From positions 268 through 64,267 of the forward strand of contig CAYQTL010000011.1 in assembly GCA_964420405.1 (NCBI GenBank): a DNA stretch of 64,000 nt, read 5' to 3'. Made by a program: the position numbers and the translations under genes. The notes beneath the pieces were generated by a model. It worked only from the letters and a program-made list of their open reading frames with translations. It ran no database searches and was not told where the DNA came from. Of this stretch, positions 19,300 to 28,135 are shown in pieces. Numbering within the stretch: position 1 is the stretch's first letter; each line of letters begins with the position of its first letter. The DNA is from an uncultured Thermoanaerobaculia bacterium. Lineage in GTDB: Bacteria; Acidobacteriota; Thermoanaerobaculia; Thermoanaerobaculales; Sulfomarinibacteraceae.

Positions 19300-21036
19300 A
19301 TGGCAAGCATCACGGCGGTGGCCCTCGTGCTGGCGGCGGCCGCCGTCGCGGCGGCCCAGGCGCCGCCGGCCCCGGCCCCCGAGCCGGAGCCCGTCGGCGG
19401 GCTCGGGTTCCGGGACGAGGTCCAGGTGACGGTGGTCAACGTCGACGTGTACGTGCGCGACGGCGACGGCAACCCGGTCCGGGGCCTGGAAAGGAGCGAC
19501 TTCCGGATCCTGCAGAACGGCGTCGAGATGGAGATCTCCAACTTCGCCGAGCTGGACCGGGAGGTGTTCGTGCAGCGCTTCGAGGAGCCGGCGGTCCCCG
19601 AGGCCGTGCCGCTGGCGAGGCCGGACGAGCCGCCGCCGGAGGAGCCCGAGGAGGTCGCCATCCAGCCGATCTGGATGGTCGTCTACATCGACAACGAGAA
19701 CATCCACCCGCTGCATCGCAATCGCGTGCTGCGTCAGGTGCGGGAGTTCGTGGTCGAGAACCTCCGGCCGCCCGTGCAGATGATGGTCGTGTCCTACCAG
19801 CGGTCGCTGAAGGTGCTGCAGCCGTTCACCGCCGACTCGCGGGCCGTGAACTCGGCGCTGCGGGAGGTGACGCTGTACACGGGCGCCCGGGTCGAGCGCG
19901 ACAGCTCGCGACGAGACCTGCTCGACGACATGATGGAGGCCGACGTCCAGGACTACGGGCGCCAGGGCGAGATCGACACCCGCACCGGCGCCTCGGGCAG
20001 GATCTTCCAGCAGATCATGTCGTGGGCCGAGGAGCAGGCCAACGACCTGCGCTTCACCCTCGACGCCATCGAGCAGGTGGTCGGGATGCTCTCGGGTCTG
20101 CCGGGACGCAAGTCGATCGTCTACGTCTCCTCGGGCCTGCCGATGACACCGGGGATCGGCCTGATGCACCAGTACGCCGTCACCTTCAACGACAACTCGA
20201 TCCTGTCGCGCCGCAGTCGGGTCGACCGGACGCGGGACTTCCGCTCCCTGACCTCGACCGCCAACGGCCAGGAGGTGACCTTCTACACCGTCGACGCGTC
20301 GGGTCTGGGCACCCTCGAGGGCTTCTCCGCCGAGGACCGGTACGGGATGGACCCGACCGCGGCGTCGATCGGCTCGCGCGACCTGCAATCGTCGCTGCGG
20401 TACATGGCCGACGCCACCGGTGGCCTCGCGATCGTCAACACCAACGACATCTCGGCGGGCCTCGGGCGGATCCGCGACGATCTCTTCAGCTACTACTCGG
20501 TCGGCTACGCCATCACGTCGGCCGGCCTGGACCGCGTCCACCGGATCGAGGTCGAGCTTCCGGGCCACAAGGGGTACGAGCTGCGCTACCGCCAGCGGTA
20601 CGTCGAGAAGTCGCTCGAGACGAAGATCCAGGAGCGCGTCTACTCGGCGCTGATGGTGGACCTGACGGACAACCCGATGGACCTCGAGCTGACGGTCGGC
20701 CAGCCGGCGCCGGCCACCGGCTCTCGCTGGACCGCTCCTGTCCACCTGTCGTTCCCTCTCGACCGCGTCGCGCTGATGCCCGTGGGAGAGGAGTACCTGG
20801 CGACGATCGTTCTCTTCGTCGGCGCCCGCGACGCCGACGGCCGCCAGTCGGAGATCCAGCGGCAGGAGCACGAGATCCGGATCCCCGCCGCCGACATCGA
20901 GGCGGCGCGCGGCACGCGGTTCGGGATCGACACCCAGCTGCTGCTCGACGAGGGCCGCCACCGGATCTCGATCGGGCTGATGGACAGCATCACCCGCCAG
21001 GCGTCCTACGAGCAGATGACGCTGAGCGTGCCGTAG
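19300..21036 (+). CDS. Secreted VWA-like protein (VWFA-related acidobacterial-type domain)
   Basis: Signal peptide MASITAVALVLAAAAVAAAQA. Then FRDEVQVTVVNVDVYVRDGDGNPVRGLERSDFRILQNGVEMEISNF followed by IWMVVYIDNENI..., the pattern I associate with the TIGR03436-type family. Confidence 0.7.
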   Translation: MASITAVALVLAAAAVAAAQAPPAPAPEPEPVGGLGFRDEVQVTVVNVDVYVRDGDGNPVRGLERSDFRILQNGVEMEISNFAELDREVFVQRFEEPAVPEAVPLARPDEPPPEEPEEVAIQPIWMVVYIDNENIHPLHRNRVLRQVREFVVENLRPPVQMMVVSYQRSLKVLQPFTADSRAVNSALREVTLYTGARVERDSSRRDLLDDMMEADVQDYGRQGEIDTRTGASGRIFQQIMSWAEEQANDLRFTLDAIEQVVGMLSGLPGRKSIVYVSSGLPMTPGIGLMHQYAVTFNDNSILSRRSRVDRTRDFRSLTSTANGQEVTFYTVDASGLGTLEGFSAEDRYGMDPTAASIGSRDLQSSLRYMADATGGLAIVNTNDISAGLGRIRDDLFSYYSVGYAITSAGLDRVHRIEVELPGHKGYELRYRQRYVEKSLETKIQERVYSALMVDLTDNPMDLELTVGQPAPATGSRWTAPVHLSFPLDRVALMPVGEEYLATIVLFVGARDADGRQSEIQRQEHEIRIPAADIEAARGTRFGIDTQLLLDEGRHRISIGLMDSITRQASYEQMTLSVP

Positions 21037-21072
21037 CCGCACCGCGACCCGCGGGCGCCTGCGGAGCGGGTT

Positions 21073-21219
21073 CCGATCCCGGACCGGGTCCCGATCCCGA
21101 TGTCGTGGACCGGGGGAGCCGGGCGACGCCGTACGCGTGCGTCCCGGCTCCCGGGCCGCCCGGCTCGCCTCCGTCGCTGGCCCGCGATGTCATCGGGATC
21201 GGGATCGGATGAGGGATCC
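21073..21219. repeat. Inverted GATC-hexamer arrays flanking an ~85-bp core
   Basis: Left arm ccgatcccggaccgggtcccgatcccgatg; right arm catcgggatcgggatcggatgagggatcc. The arms are reverse complements (cccgatcccgatg / catcgggatcggg). Confidence 0.85.
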
Positions 21220-21233
21220 GCGGCGTCGCGCGG

Positions 21234-22967
21234 CTACTCGTGGGAGGCCATGACGCGCCAGGCGACGAGGCGCTCGTTCATGGCGCGCAGTCGTCGGCAC
21301 AGCAGCCGGCACAGCAGCGACAGGAACTGCACCGCGGCGTCCGGGTCCATCGACAGGACCTCCTCGAGCAGGGCGCGGCTGATCGAGAACACGGTCGCCC
21401 CGTCGACGTGGGCCCTGGCGTCGGCCGAGCGGGGCTGCTCGTCGATCAGGGCCATCTCGCCGAACACCTCGCCGCGGCCGAGAATCGACAGGCACTCCTC
21501 GCCCATGCCGGGGACCATCCGCGAGATCCGGACCGCCCCGTCCACCACGATGTAGAGGCCGGCGCCGGGCTCGCCCTCGGCGAACACCAGCGCGCCGGGC
21601 GGGAACGCCTCCTCGGTGGAGTAGGTGGCGAGCAGCCGCAGCTCCTGGGCCGACAGCCCCTGCTCCCGCAGCAGGTCGACCTTGGCCTTCTCGGAGAGGC
21701 GGATCCGGTGGCCGGCGGAGGCGCCGGCGACCTCCCGCGCGGGCCGCATGGAGCCGTCCGGCACCCGCAGCAGCTCGCTCATCTGCGAGTTGGCGGAGCG
21801 CACCTTGGCCGCCAGCGTCTGCCAGAAGCTCCACAGCAGGCCGACCGCCAGCTCCCGGTTCTCCTGGGTCGCCTTCTCGAGCGCGTCGGACGGCACCACG
21901 AACACCGAGCCGCTGCCGACCCCGAAGGCGGTCGCCGAGCGCGGGCTGCGGTCGAGCCAGGACACCTCGCCGAACAGCGATCCGTAGCCGAGGGTGGTCA
22001 GGATCTGGGTTCCGACGGACGTCCGCCGGGTGATGTGGATCGTGCCGCGACGCACGACGTACAGGTCGCGGCCGTCGTCGCCCTCCCGGAACACCACCTC
22101 CGCGTGCTCGAACGCCCGGGGCTGGACGAGCTGCGCCAGCTGGATCAGCTGGTCGTCGCTGAAGTGGCGGAACAGCCCCATCGCCCGCAGCTCGGTGGCG
22201 TAGCGCAGCAGGTTGTCGTGCTGGCGGCCGGCGGGCCGGGTGGCGGGGCGGCGGTGGCGCAGCCGTGCGCCGGTGAACACGCGGGCGTGGCTCAGTGCGA
22301 CGTGGTCGCAGGCGCGCTGGAGGTGGCTCGTCCTGCCACGCACGATGGCGTCGAGCTCGCCCGGGGCGAGGTGGCACAGCCGGGCGAGGGTCTCCACGCG
22401 GCGGCGCTCCTGCTCCTGCTCGCGGGCCGACCGCCAGGTCGCGAGGAGCATCGCGTCGACGGCGTGCTCGAGGGCGGCGTCGAAGCTCTCGGTCTCGAGC
22501 GCGGCGCGGGACGCCTCCACCGCCAGCCGGTAGTCGAGGGGGTTGAGCCGCCGCGCCTGGACCAGCTCCTGGAACCCGGAGTCCGGGTCGTCGTGCCGCA
22601 GGTACAGGTAGCCGGCGGCGGCGTAGGCCAGGTAGCTGAACGGCGTCCGCACCTTGGCGAGGTCGATCATCTCCACGGCTCGCTGGAACTCGCCCCGCGC
22701 CTCGAAGATGTGGGCCATGCCGAGGGCGTGGGAGGCCTCGAGGTTGCGGCGCTTGAGCTCACGGTCGAAGTCCTCGAGCCCTTCCTCCTCCCGGACCTTG
22801 AGGGCCTCCTCGCGGAGCGCCGCCCCCTGGGGCGAGAGCACCGCCGCGATCTCGAGCAGCTCGGCGGCCTCGGTGGGCCGCCGCAGGTGCCGCAGCCGGC
22901 GGGCCAGCTCGACCAGCCGGTCGACCATCGAGGGATGGGGCAGGATCGACTCGGGCATCTGGACCAT
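21234..22967 (-). CDS. TPR-like N-terminal region plus two cyclic-nucleotide-binding domains
   Basis: Two CAP_ED-type motifs (LFGEVSWLDRSPRSATAFGV; VFGEMALIDEQPRSADARA). ATG 22967 (MVQMPES) lies next to an AT-richer upstream region. The track ORF extension to 24089 is P/A/S/R-rich and overlaps the opposite-strand peptidase gene, so it is rejected. Confidence 0.8.
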   Translation of the reverse strand: MVQMPESILPHPSMVDRLVELARRLRHLRRPTEAAELLEIAAVLSPQGAALREEALKVREEEGLEDFDRELKRRNLEASHALGMAHIFEARGEFQRAVEMIDLAKVRTPFSYLAYAAAGYLYLRHDDPDSGFQELVQARRLNPLDYRLAVEASRAALETESFDAALEHAVDAMLLATWRSAREQEQERRRVETLARLCHLAPGELDAIVRGRTSHLQRACDHVALSHARVFTGARLRHRRPATRPAGRQHDNLLRYATELRAMGLFRHFSDDQLIQLAQLVQPRAFEHAEVVFREGDDGRDLYVVRRGTIHITRRTSVGTQILTTLGYGSLFGEVSWLDRSPRSATAFGVGSGSVFVVPSDALEKATQENRELAVGLLWSFWQTLAAKVRSANSQMSELLRVPDGSMRPAREVAGASAGHRIRLSEKAKVDLLREQGLSAQELRLLATYSTEEAFPPGALVFAEGEPGAGLYIVVDGAVRISRMVPGMGEECLSILGRGEVFGEMALIDEQPRSADARAHVDGATVFSISRALLEEVLSMDPDAAVQFLSLLCRLLCRRLRAMNERLVAWRVMASHE

Positions 22968-23304
22968 CCATTCTATTTCGGACGGCCTGTGTGGGTCAAT
23001 TGCGGCTCGGTCGTCCCGTCGCGGATGCGTGACGTCGACTCCCGCATCCGCGCCGGCTGACGAGCCCCGACGGGAGCGGAGGGCCGGCGGCCTGGCGGAC
23101 CGGATCGGAAGCGGCGGCGCCCCGGCCGTCTTCTCGAGGGCACGCACGGACACCGACGCGGGTGCGGCGGCCGACTCGGCGGATGGGTTCGCGTTTCCGG
23201 CGGGATTTGCGAAACTCCCCTCGGGAACGCGACGTACGGCCCCCGTGTTGTGCAGCGCATGCGCCACCGCCGTGGCGCGAGCTCCACCGTCGAAGGGAAC
23301 CCGG

Positions 23305-25098
23305 GTGACGATCCACTCCGCCATCGTCCGCCTCGCCGCAGCCGCTGTCGGCGCCGCCGCCTTCGTGACCCCGGTCCGGGCCGCCGAGACCATGAGCCTC
23401 GCGGAGGTGCGTCCGGGCCAGCGGGGGGTGTGCGTCACGGAGATGGACGGCGGCGAGCGGGTCGAGCTCCCGGTGACGGTGCTCGGGACCACCGGCGCCG
23501 CGGCGCCGGAGAGTGAGCTGGTGCTCGTGCGGCTCGAGGACGAGCGGTTCCGGCACACCGGGATCATCGCCGGCATGAGCGGCTCGCCGGTGTACGTCGA
23601 CGGCCGCCTGCTCGGCGCGGTGGCGTACGGCTGGGCGTTCTCCAAAGAGCCGATCGCCGGGGTGACGCCGTTCGAGCGGATGGTCGGCCTCCGGCCGGAA
23701 GCGCCGGTCGGTTTCGCGGCCGCGCCTGCCGGCACGGCCCCCGGGGCGCGGCCGGAGCCGGAGGCGCTGGCGGCCGCGGTGCACGACGGCGGCGTCGGGC
23801 GGATGGTGCTCGACTGGCTCGTGCCGGAGGCGTCGGGCCCGGCCGAGCGGCTCCCGCTGGTGGTCGGCACGTCGGGCCTCGGCGAGCTCGGCGGATGGCT
23901 GTCCGACGGGTTCCGGCGGCTCGGCTGGATGGCGGCGCCGGCCGGCGGCGGTGCGCCGGTGGCGGGCGACGGGGGGCTGCGGCCGGGCGGCATGGTGGCG
24001 GGGGTCCTTGTGGACGGCGACGCGACGGTGGCGGTCGGCGGGACCGTGACCGAGGTTCGCGGCGAGGACGTGTGGGCGTTCGGCCACATGGTGTTCGGCG
24101 CCGGCAGGATCGTGCTCCCGTTGGCGCGCGCGTCGGTGGTGGCGGTGCTGCCCTCTCAGGCGCAGTCGTTCAAGTTCTTCCGCACCGGGGAGATGCTGGG
24201 CGCCTTCGGGGCGGACCGGCAGCACGGCGCCTGGGGCCGGCTCGGGGCCGATGCCCCCATGGTGCCCGTGTCGCTCGCGGTGGACGGCCGCGGCTACCGG
24301 TTCCGGGCGGTCCGGCACGAGGTGCTGACCCCCCTGCTGGTGGCCTACCTCGCCCAGACCGGCTACAGCGCACGCGGACGGACCTTCGGCGGTCAGACCG
24401 TGCGGCTGGGAGTCGACATCCACCTGGAGGACGGGCGATCGGCGTCCCTCGAGCAGGTCTTCGCCGGCGGCGACGCGGCGGCGCAGGCCTCGGCCTACGC
24501 GTCGGCGGTCGCGGCGTTCGTCACCACCAGCGCGTTCGAGCGGCCGCCGGTCGCGGCGGTGGACCTGCGGATGGACAGCCGCGAGGAGCTGGAGGGTAGC
24601 GAGCTGGTGGACGTGGTGCCGGCGCGCTGGACGGTGGCGCCCGGCGAGGAGCTCGAGGTGCGCGTACGGCTGCGGCCGAGAGGCGGGCCGGAGAGCGTCG
24701 AGCGGCTCACGGTGCGGGTTCCGGAACGGACCCCCGAGGGGCGGCTCGACCTGGTGGTGGCGGACGGAGCGTCGTGGAGCGCCTACGACCTGCGGATGCG
24801 GCCGCCGCGGCCGGCGTCCTTCGGCGACGAGCTGCGCCTGCTCGACCGGCTCGAGCCGGCCTCCCGGCTGGTGGCGGCGCTCGAGCGGCCAGAGGCCGGC
24901 GTGGCGATGGGGGCCGGCGTCCTGCCGGTGCCCGCCGGGGTCGCCCTGCAGCTCAAGGCGGGCCTCGGGCCCAACCTGGCGGCAACCGCCTGGGGCGTGG
25001 TGGGCCGCGCCGAGCGGGACCTGGGAGTGCCGGTGGTCGGCGCGGTACGGATTCGGCTGCAGGTCGACTCCGCGGCGGGCGACCGGCGGAACCGATGA
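23305..25098 (+). CDS. Secreted peptidase S55 (SpoIVB-like) domain protein
   Basis: GTG 23305 follows GAAGGGA. Signal peptide VTIHSAIVRLAAAAVGAAAFVTPVRA. Serine motif IIAGMSGSPVYVDGRLLGAVAYGW. Confidence 0.6.
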   Translation: MTIHSAIVRLAAAAVGAAAFVTPVRAAETMSLAEVRPGQRGVCVTEMDGGERVELPVTVLGTTGAAAPESELVLVRLEDERFRHTGIIAGMSGSPVYVDGRLLGAVAYGWAFSKEPIAGVTPFERMVGLRPEAPVGFAAAPAGTAPGARPEPEALAAAVHDGGVGRMVLDWLVPEASGPAERLPLVVGTSGLGELGGWLSDGFRRLGWMAAPAGGGAPVAGDGGLRPGGMVAGVLVDGDATVAVGGTVTEVRGEDVWAFGHMVFGAGRIVLPLARASVVAVLPSQAQSFKFFRTGEMLGAFGADRQHGAWGRLGADAPMVPVSLAVDGRGYRFRAVRHEVLTPLLVAYLAQTGYSARGRTFGGQTVRLGVDIHLEDGRSASLEQVFAGGDAAAQASAYASAVAAFVTTSAFERPPVAAVDLRMDSREELEGSELVDVVPARWTVAPGEELEVRVRLRPRGGPESVERLTVRVPERTPEGRLDLVVADGASWSAYDLRMRPPRPASFGDELRLLDRLEPASRLVAALERPEAGVAMGAGVLPVPAGVALQLKAGLGPNLAATAWGVVGRAERDLGVPVVGAVRIRLQVDSAAGDRRNR

Positions 25099-25113
25099 CA
25101 AAGGACGGCTGAG

Positions 25114-27204
25114 ATGTGGCGGACAGGGCGCGTGTGGGGGGCGACGGTGCTGCTGGCGGCGGGAACGGCCACCGCGGCGTCGACCGAGCGGTGGGTCGTG
25201 GACACGACCCCGCAGCTGCTCGGGGGAACCGGTCACGGAGTGGCCGTCACCACCGACGGTCGGCTCGAGGCGGTCGACGTGTGGCGCGACGGCCCCGCGT
25301 TCGAGGAGCCGGTGGTGTTGACGGCGGCGAGCTTGCCGGGCGGCGATCTCGTGGTCGGGACCGGCCACCCAGCGCGCCTGTATCGGGTCGACGGTGACCG
25401 ACGGGAGCTGCTGGCGGAGATCCCCGGCGACCAGGTCACGGCGCTGCTGGCCCTGCCCGACGGCGACCTTGTGGTGGCGGCGGCGACGCCAGCGGCCCTC
25501 TACCGGCTGCGCGGCGGCTCCCTCGAGCGGCTCGGCGGCCTGGACGACGGCGCGATCTGGGACCTGGCGGTGATGGACGGCGAGGTGGTCGCGGCCGGCG
25601 GCACGCCGGCGACCCTGTACCGGCTCGGGGAGAACGGGCTCGAGCGGTGGCTCGAGCTGCCGGACGCCCACGCCCGCTGCCTGCTGCCGGTGGACGGCGG
25701 CGTGGTCGTGGGGACCTCCGGCGAGGGCCTGGTGTTCCGCGTGACCGCCGGAGGCGTCCCGGTCCTGCTGGTGGACAGCGCCTTCACCGAGATCTCGGAC
25801 CTGGTGGCGGCCGCAGACGGCACGCTGTGGGCGACGGCCCTGGTGGGCGAGCCGGTGCGACCCTCCCGGCGCAGCGGCGACGGAAACGGCAGCGACGACG
25901 GTGACGGCGACGACGACACCGGCGCCGCTGCGACCGCCACCGTCGAGCTGGACCTGCCGAAGGTCAACGGCTCGACGGCCACCTCCGAGGTCGTGCGGCT
26001 GACTCCCGAGGGAGCGGTGCTCGGCGTCCACCGGTTCACCAGCCAGGTGGCGTCGGCGCTGGCGGTCGACGGCGACGGTGTGCTCGTCGGCACCGGCTTC
26101 GAGGGCGAGATCTGGCGGTTCGTGGAGTCGGGAGGAGCGCGACTGGCGACCGTCGACGCGGTGCAGGTCGTGGCGTTTGCCGACGGCGGACGGGCGGCCC
26201 TCACCCAGGGTCCGGGCGGCGTGCTGCGCCGCTCCGCGCCGGAGCGTCCGGCCACCTTCCGCGGGCCCGCCAACAGCTTCCCGCGGCCCGCCCGAATCGG
26301 GCGGTACGCGGTGTCGGTGGCTGCGGGAGACGCCCGGATCCGGTTCCGCTCGGGCGCGTCGGCGAAGCCCGACGACAGCTGGCTGCCGTGGTCCGAGTGG
26401 CTCGACGCCACCGCGGGAGCGGTGCCGGTGCCTCCGGTGGCGTCCCTGCAGTGGGAGCTGGAGCTCGGCCCGGGTGCGGTGGTGGAGGCGGTCGAGGTGG
26501 CGTACCGCGAGGTCAACCTCCCGCCGCGGTTCACGTCGGTGACGGTGGAGGAGCCCGGGGTCGTCTACCTGATGGCGCCGCCGCCCAGCGGCCCGGTGCT
26601 CGAGGCCGAGCATCCCGACGTCAGCGGCGTCTTCGCGGTGCTCGAGGATGGCGACCGGCGCTCCAGGGCCACCAAGGGCAAGAAGTTCTGGCGGGTCGGC
26701 TACCGCACCGTCAGCTGGGAGGTCGAGGACCCGAACCAGGACGCGCTGCGGTTCGAGATCGAAATCGAGCGCGAGGACGGCTTCGAGCTGCCGGTCCGGG
26801 ACCGGGTCGAGAGCACCCAGCTGGCGATCGACACCACGGCCGTGCCCGACGGGCGGTACCGGTTCCGGCTGCGGGCGAGCGACGCCGCTTCCAATCCCGG
26901 CAACGCGATGGTCGGCACCGCGGTCAGCGAGTGGTTCGAGGTCGACAACGGGCCGCCGGAGATCACGATCCGGCGCGACGGGGGGAGCTGGGAGGTCCGG
27001 GTGCGGGACGCCGGCAGCTCCGTCCGGCAGGTGGAGTACTCTCGCGACGGCGACCGCTGGCACCCGCTGGCGGCGGTGGACGGCGTGCTCGACGGCCCGG
27101 AGGAGCGGTTCCGGTTCCCGGCCGAGGACGGGCGGCATCTGGTGGTGGTGCGCGCCATCGACCGCCACCACAACCGGTCGACCGCGTCGGTCGTCGAGGA
27201 GTAG
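25114..27204 (+). CDS. Secreted repeat (propeller-like) protein with Ig-like C-terminal region, hypothetical
   Basis: Signal peptide MWRTGRVWGATVLLAAGTATAAS. Repeated DG.LVVGT / LYRL / DG.VVAAG strands. The C-terminus reads YRFRLRASDAASNPG...VRAIDRHHN. It lies 15 nt after the S55 gene. Confidence 0.6.
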   Translation: MWRTGRVWGATVLLAAGTATAASTERWVVDTTPQLLGGTGHGVAVTTDGRLEAVDVWRDGPAFEEPVVLTAASLPGGDLVVGTGHPARLYRVDGDRRELLAEIPGDQVTALLALPDGDLVVAAATPAALYRLRGGSLERLGGLDDGAIWDLAVMDGEVVAAGGTPATLYRLGENGLERWLELPDAHARCLLPVDGGVVVGTSGEGLVFRVTAGGVPVLLVDSAFTEISDLVAAADGTLWATALVGEPVRPSRRSGDGNGSDDGDGDDDTGAAATATVELDLPKVNGSTATSEVVRLTPEGAVLGVHRFTSQVASALAVDGDGVLVGTGFEGEIWRFVESGGARLATVDAVQVVAFADGGRAALTQGPGGVLRRSAPERPATFRGPANSFPRPARIGRYAVSVAAGDARIRFRSGASAKPDDSWLPWSEWLDATAGAVPVPPVASLQWELELGPGAVVEAVEVAYREVNLPPRFTSVTVEEPGVVYLMAPPPSGPVLEAEHPDVSGVFAVLEDGDRRSRATKGKKFWRVGYRTVSWEVEDPNQDALRFEIEIEREDGFELPVRDRVESTQLAIDTTAVPDGRYRFRLRASDAASNPGNAMVGTAVSEWFEVDNGPPEITIRRDGGSWEVRVRDAGSSVRQVEYSRDGDRWHPLAAVDGVLDGPEERFRFPAEDGRHLVVVRAIDRHHNRSTASVVEE

Positions 27205-27220
27205 CGCGGTCGTCGGGCGA

Positions 27221-27535
27221 CTCCGATTCCGGTCCCGATGGATGGCAACTCGGAGTCAGCGTCAGCCTCAGGGTCAGCGCCCGGCGACGGCCCCGTCCGC
27301 GTCCGTGCCCGTGCCCGAAGGGTGCCAGACATGGCCCGCGACACCGACCGGTCGCCGCTGTCGTCGAGGATGCTGTTGGGTGGGGCACGGACGAGGGCAC
27401 GGACGGGGACGCGGGAGGGGGCGACCGCGGTCGCCGTCGGGCTGCCGCTGTCGCTGACCCTGCCGCTGTCGCTGGACGCCACCGACTCCATCGGGAACGG
27501 GATCGGGAACGGGATCGGGATCGGAAAGACGGGGA
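27221..27535. repeat. ~315-bp composite palindromic intergenic element (modules H-S-P ... S'-H')
   Basis: Left arm ccgattccggtcccgatggatggcaactcggagtcagcgtcagcctcagggtcagcg. The right arm reverse complement reads cccgatcccgttcccgatggagtcggtggcgtccagcgacagcggcagggtcagcg. Inner inverted cgtccgtgcc motifs are also present. Confidence 0.8.
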
Positions 27536-27577
27536 CGAACGGCACGGACGATCCCGGCCGCGGCGGAGGGGATCGGA

Positions 27578-27585
27578 TAGAATCG
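27578..27585 (+). promoter_or_regulatory. -10 box TAGAATCG placed 7 nt before the coaD ATG (leaderless-type)
   Basis: gaTAGAATcgcgaccATG. No SD sequence fits in the 7-nt gap. Confidence 0.55.
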
Positions 27586-27590
27586 CGACC

Positions 27591-28106
27591 ATGGCAGCGG
27601 AGAAGCGTCCGGTCGCCGTCTACCCGGGGTCGTTCGACCCGTTCCACCTCGGGCACGTGGACATCGTCTCCCGGGCCACCCAGATCTTCGGCCGGGTGGT
27701 GGTGGGCGTGCTCGAGAACACCTCCAAGGACGCCCTGTTCACTCCCGCCGAGCGGGCGGAGATGCTGCGCGATCTGTACGCCGGCCACCCGCGGGTCGAG
27801 ATCCACTCCTTCAGCGGCCTGCTGGTGAAGTTCCTCGAGCAGATCGGGGCCACCATCATCGTCCGCGGCATGCGGGCCGTCTCGGACTTCGAGTACGAGT
27901 TCCAGATGGCGCTGATGAACCGCCGCCTCGACGCCCGGGTCGAAACTGTGTTCCTGACGCCCAAGGAGGAGTACACCTACCTGTCGTCGCGGCTGGTGCG
28001 GGAGGTGGTGGCGCTCGGCGGCGACGTCAGCGGTCTCGTCCCGGAGCCGATCCGGCTGCGCCTCGAGGCGCGGCTCCGCGGCCCCGACCGTCCGCCGAGC
28101 CCGTGA
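27591..28106 (+). CDS. coaD: Phosphopantetheine adenylyltransferase
   Basis: Motifs AVYPGSFDPFHLGHVDIV and RGMRAVSDFEYEFQMALMN. It uses an internal ATG of track ORF 26388..28106. Confidence 0.92.
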   Translation: MAAEKRPVAVYPGSFDPFHLGHVDIVSRATQIFGRVVVGVLENTSKDALFTPAERAEMLRDLYAGHPRVEIHSFSGLLVKFLEQIGATIIVRGMRAVSDFEYEFQMALMNRRLDARVETVFLTPKEEYTYLSSRLVREVVALGGDVSGLVPEPIRLRLEARLRGPDRPPSP

Positions 28107-28135
28107 GCCGTCGCGGCTGATCGGAGGATGGCACC

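Noticed and set aside
22968-24089. An N-terminal extension of the cNMP-binding protein ORF to 951 aa
   Set aside because: The extension is P/A/S/T/R-rich, overlaps the opposite-strand S55 peptidase gene, and lies upstream of a good ATG next to an AT-rich promoter-like region.
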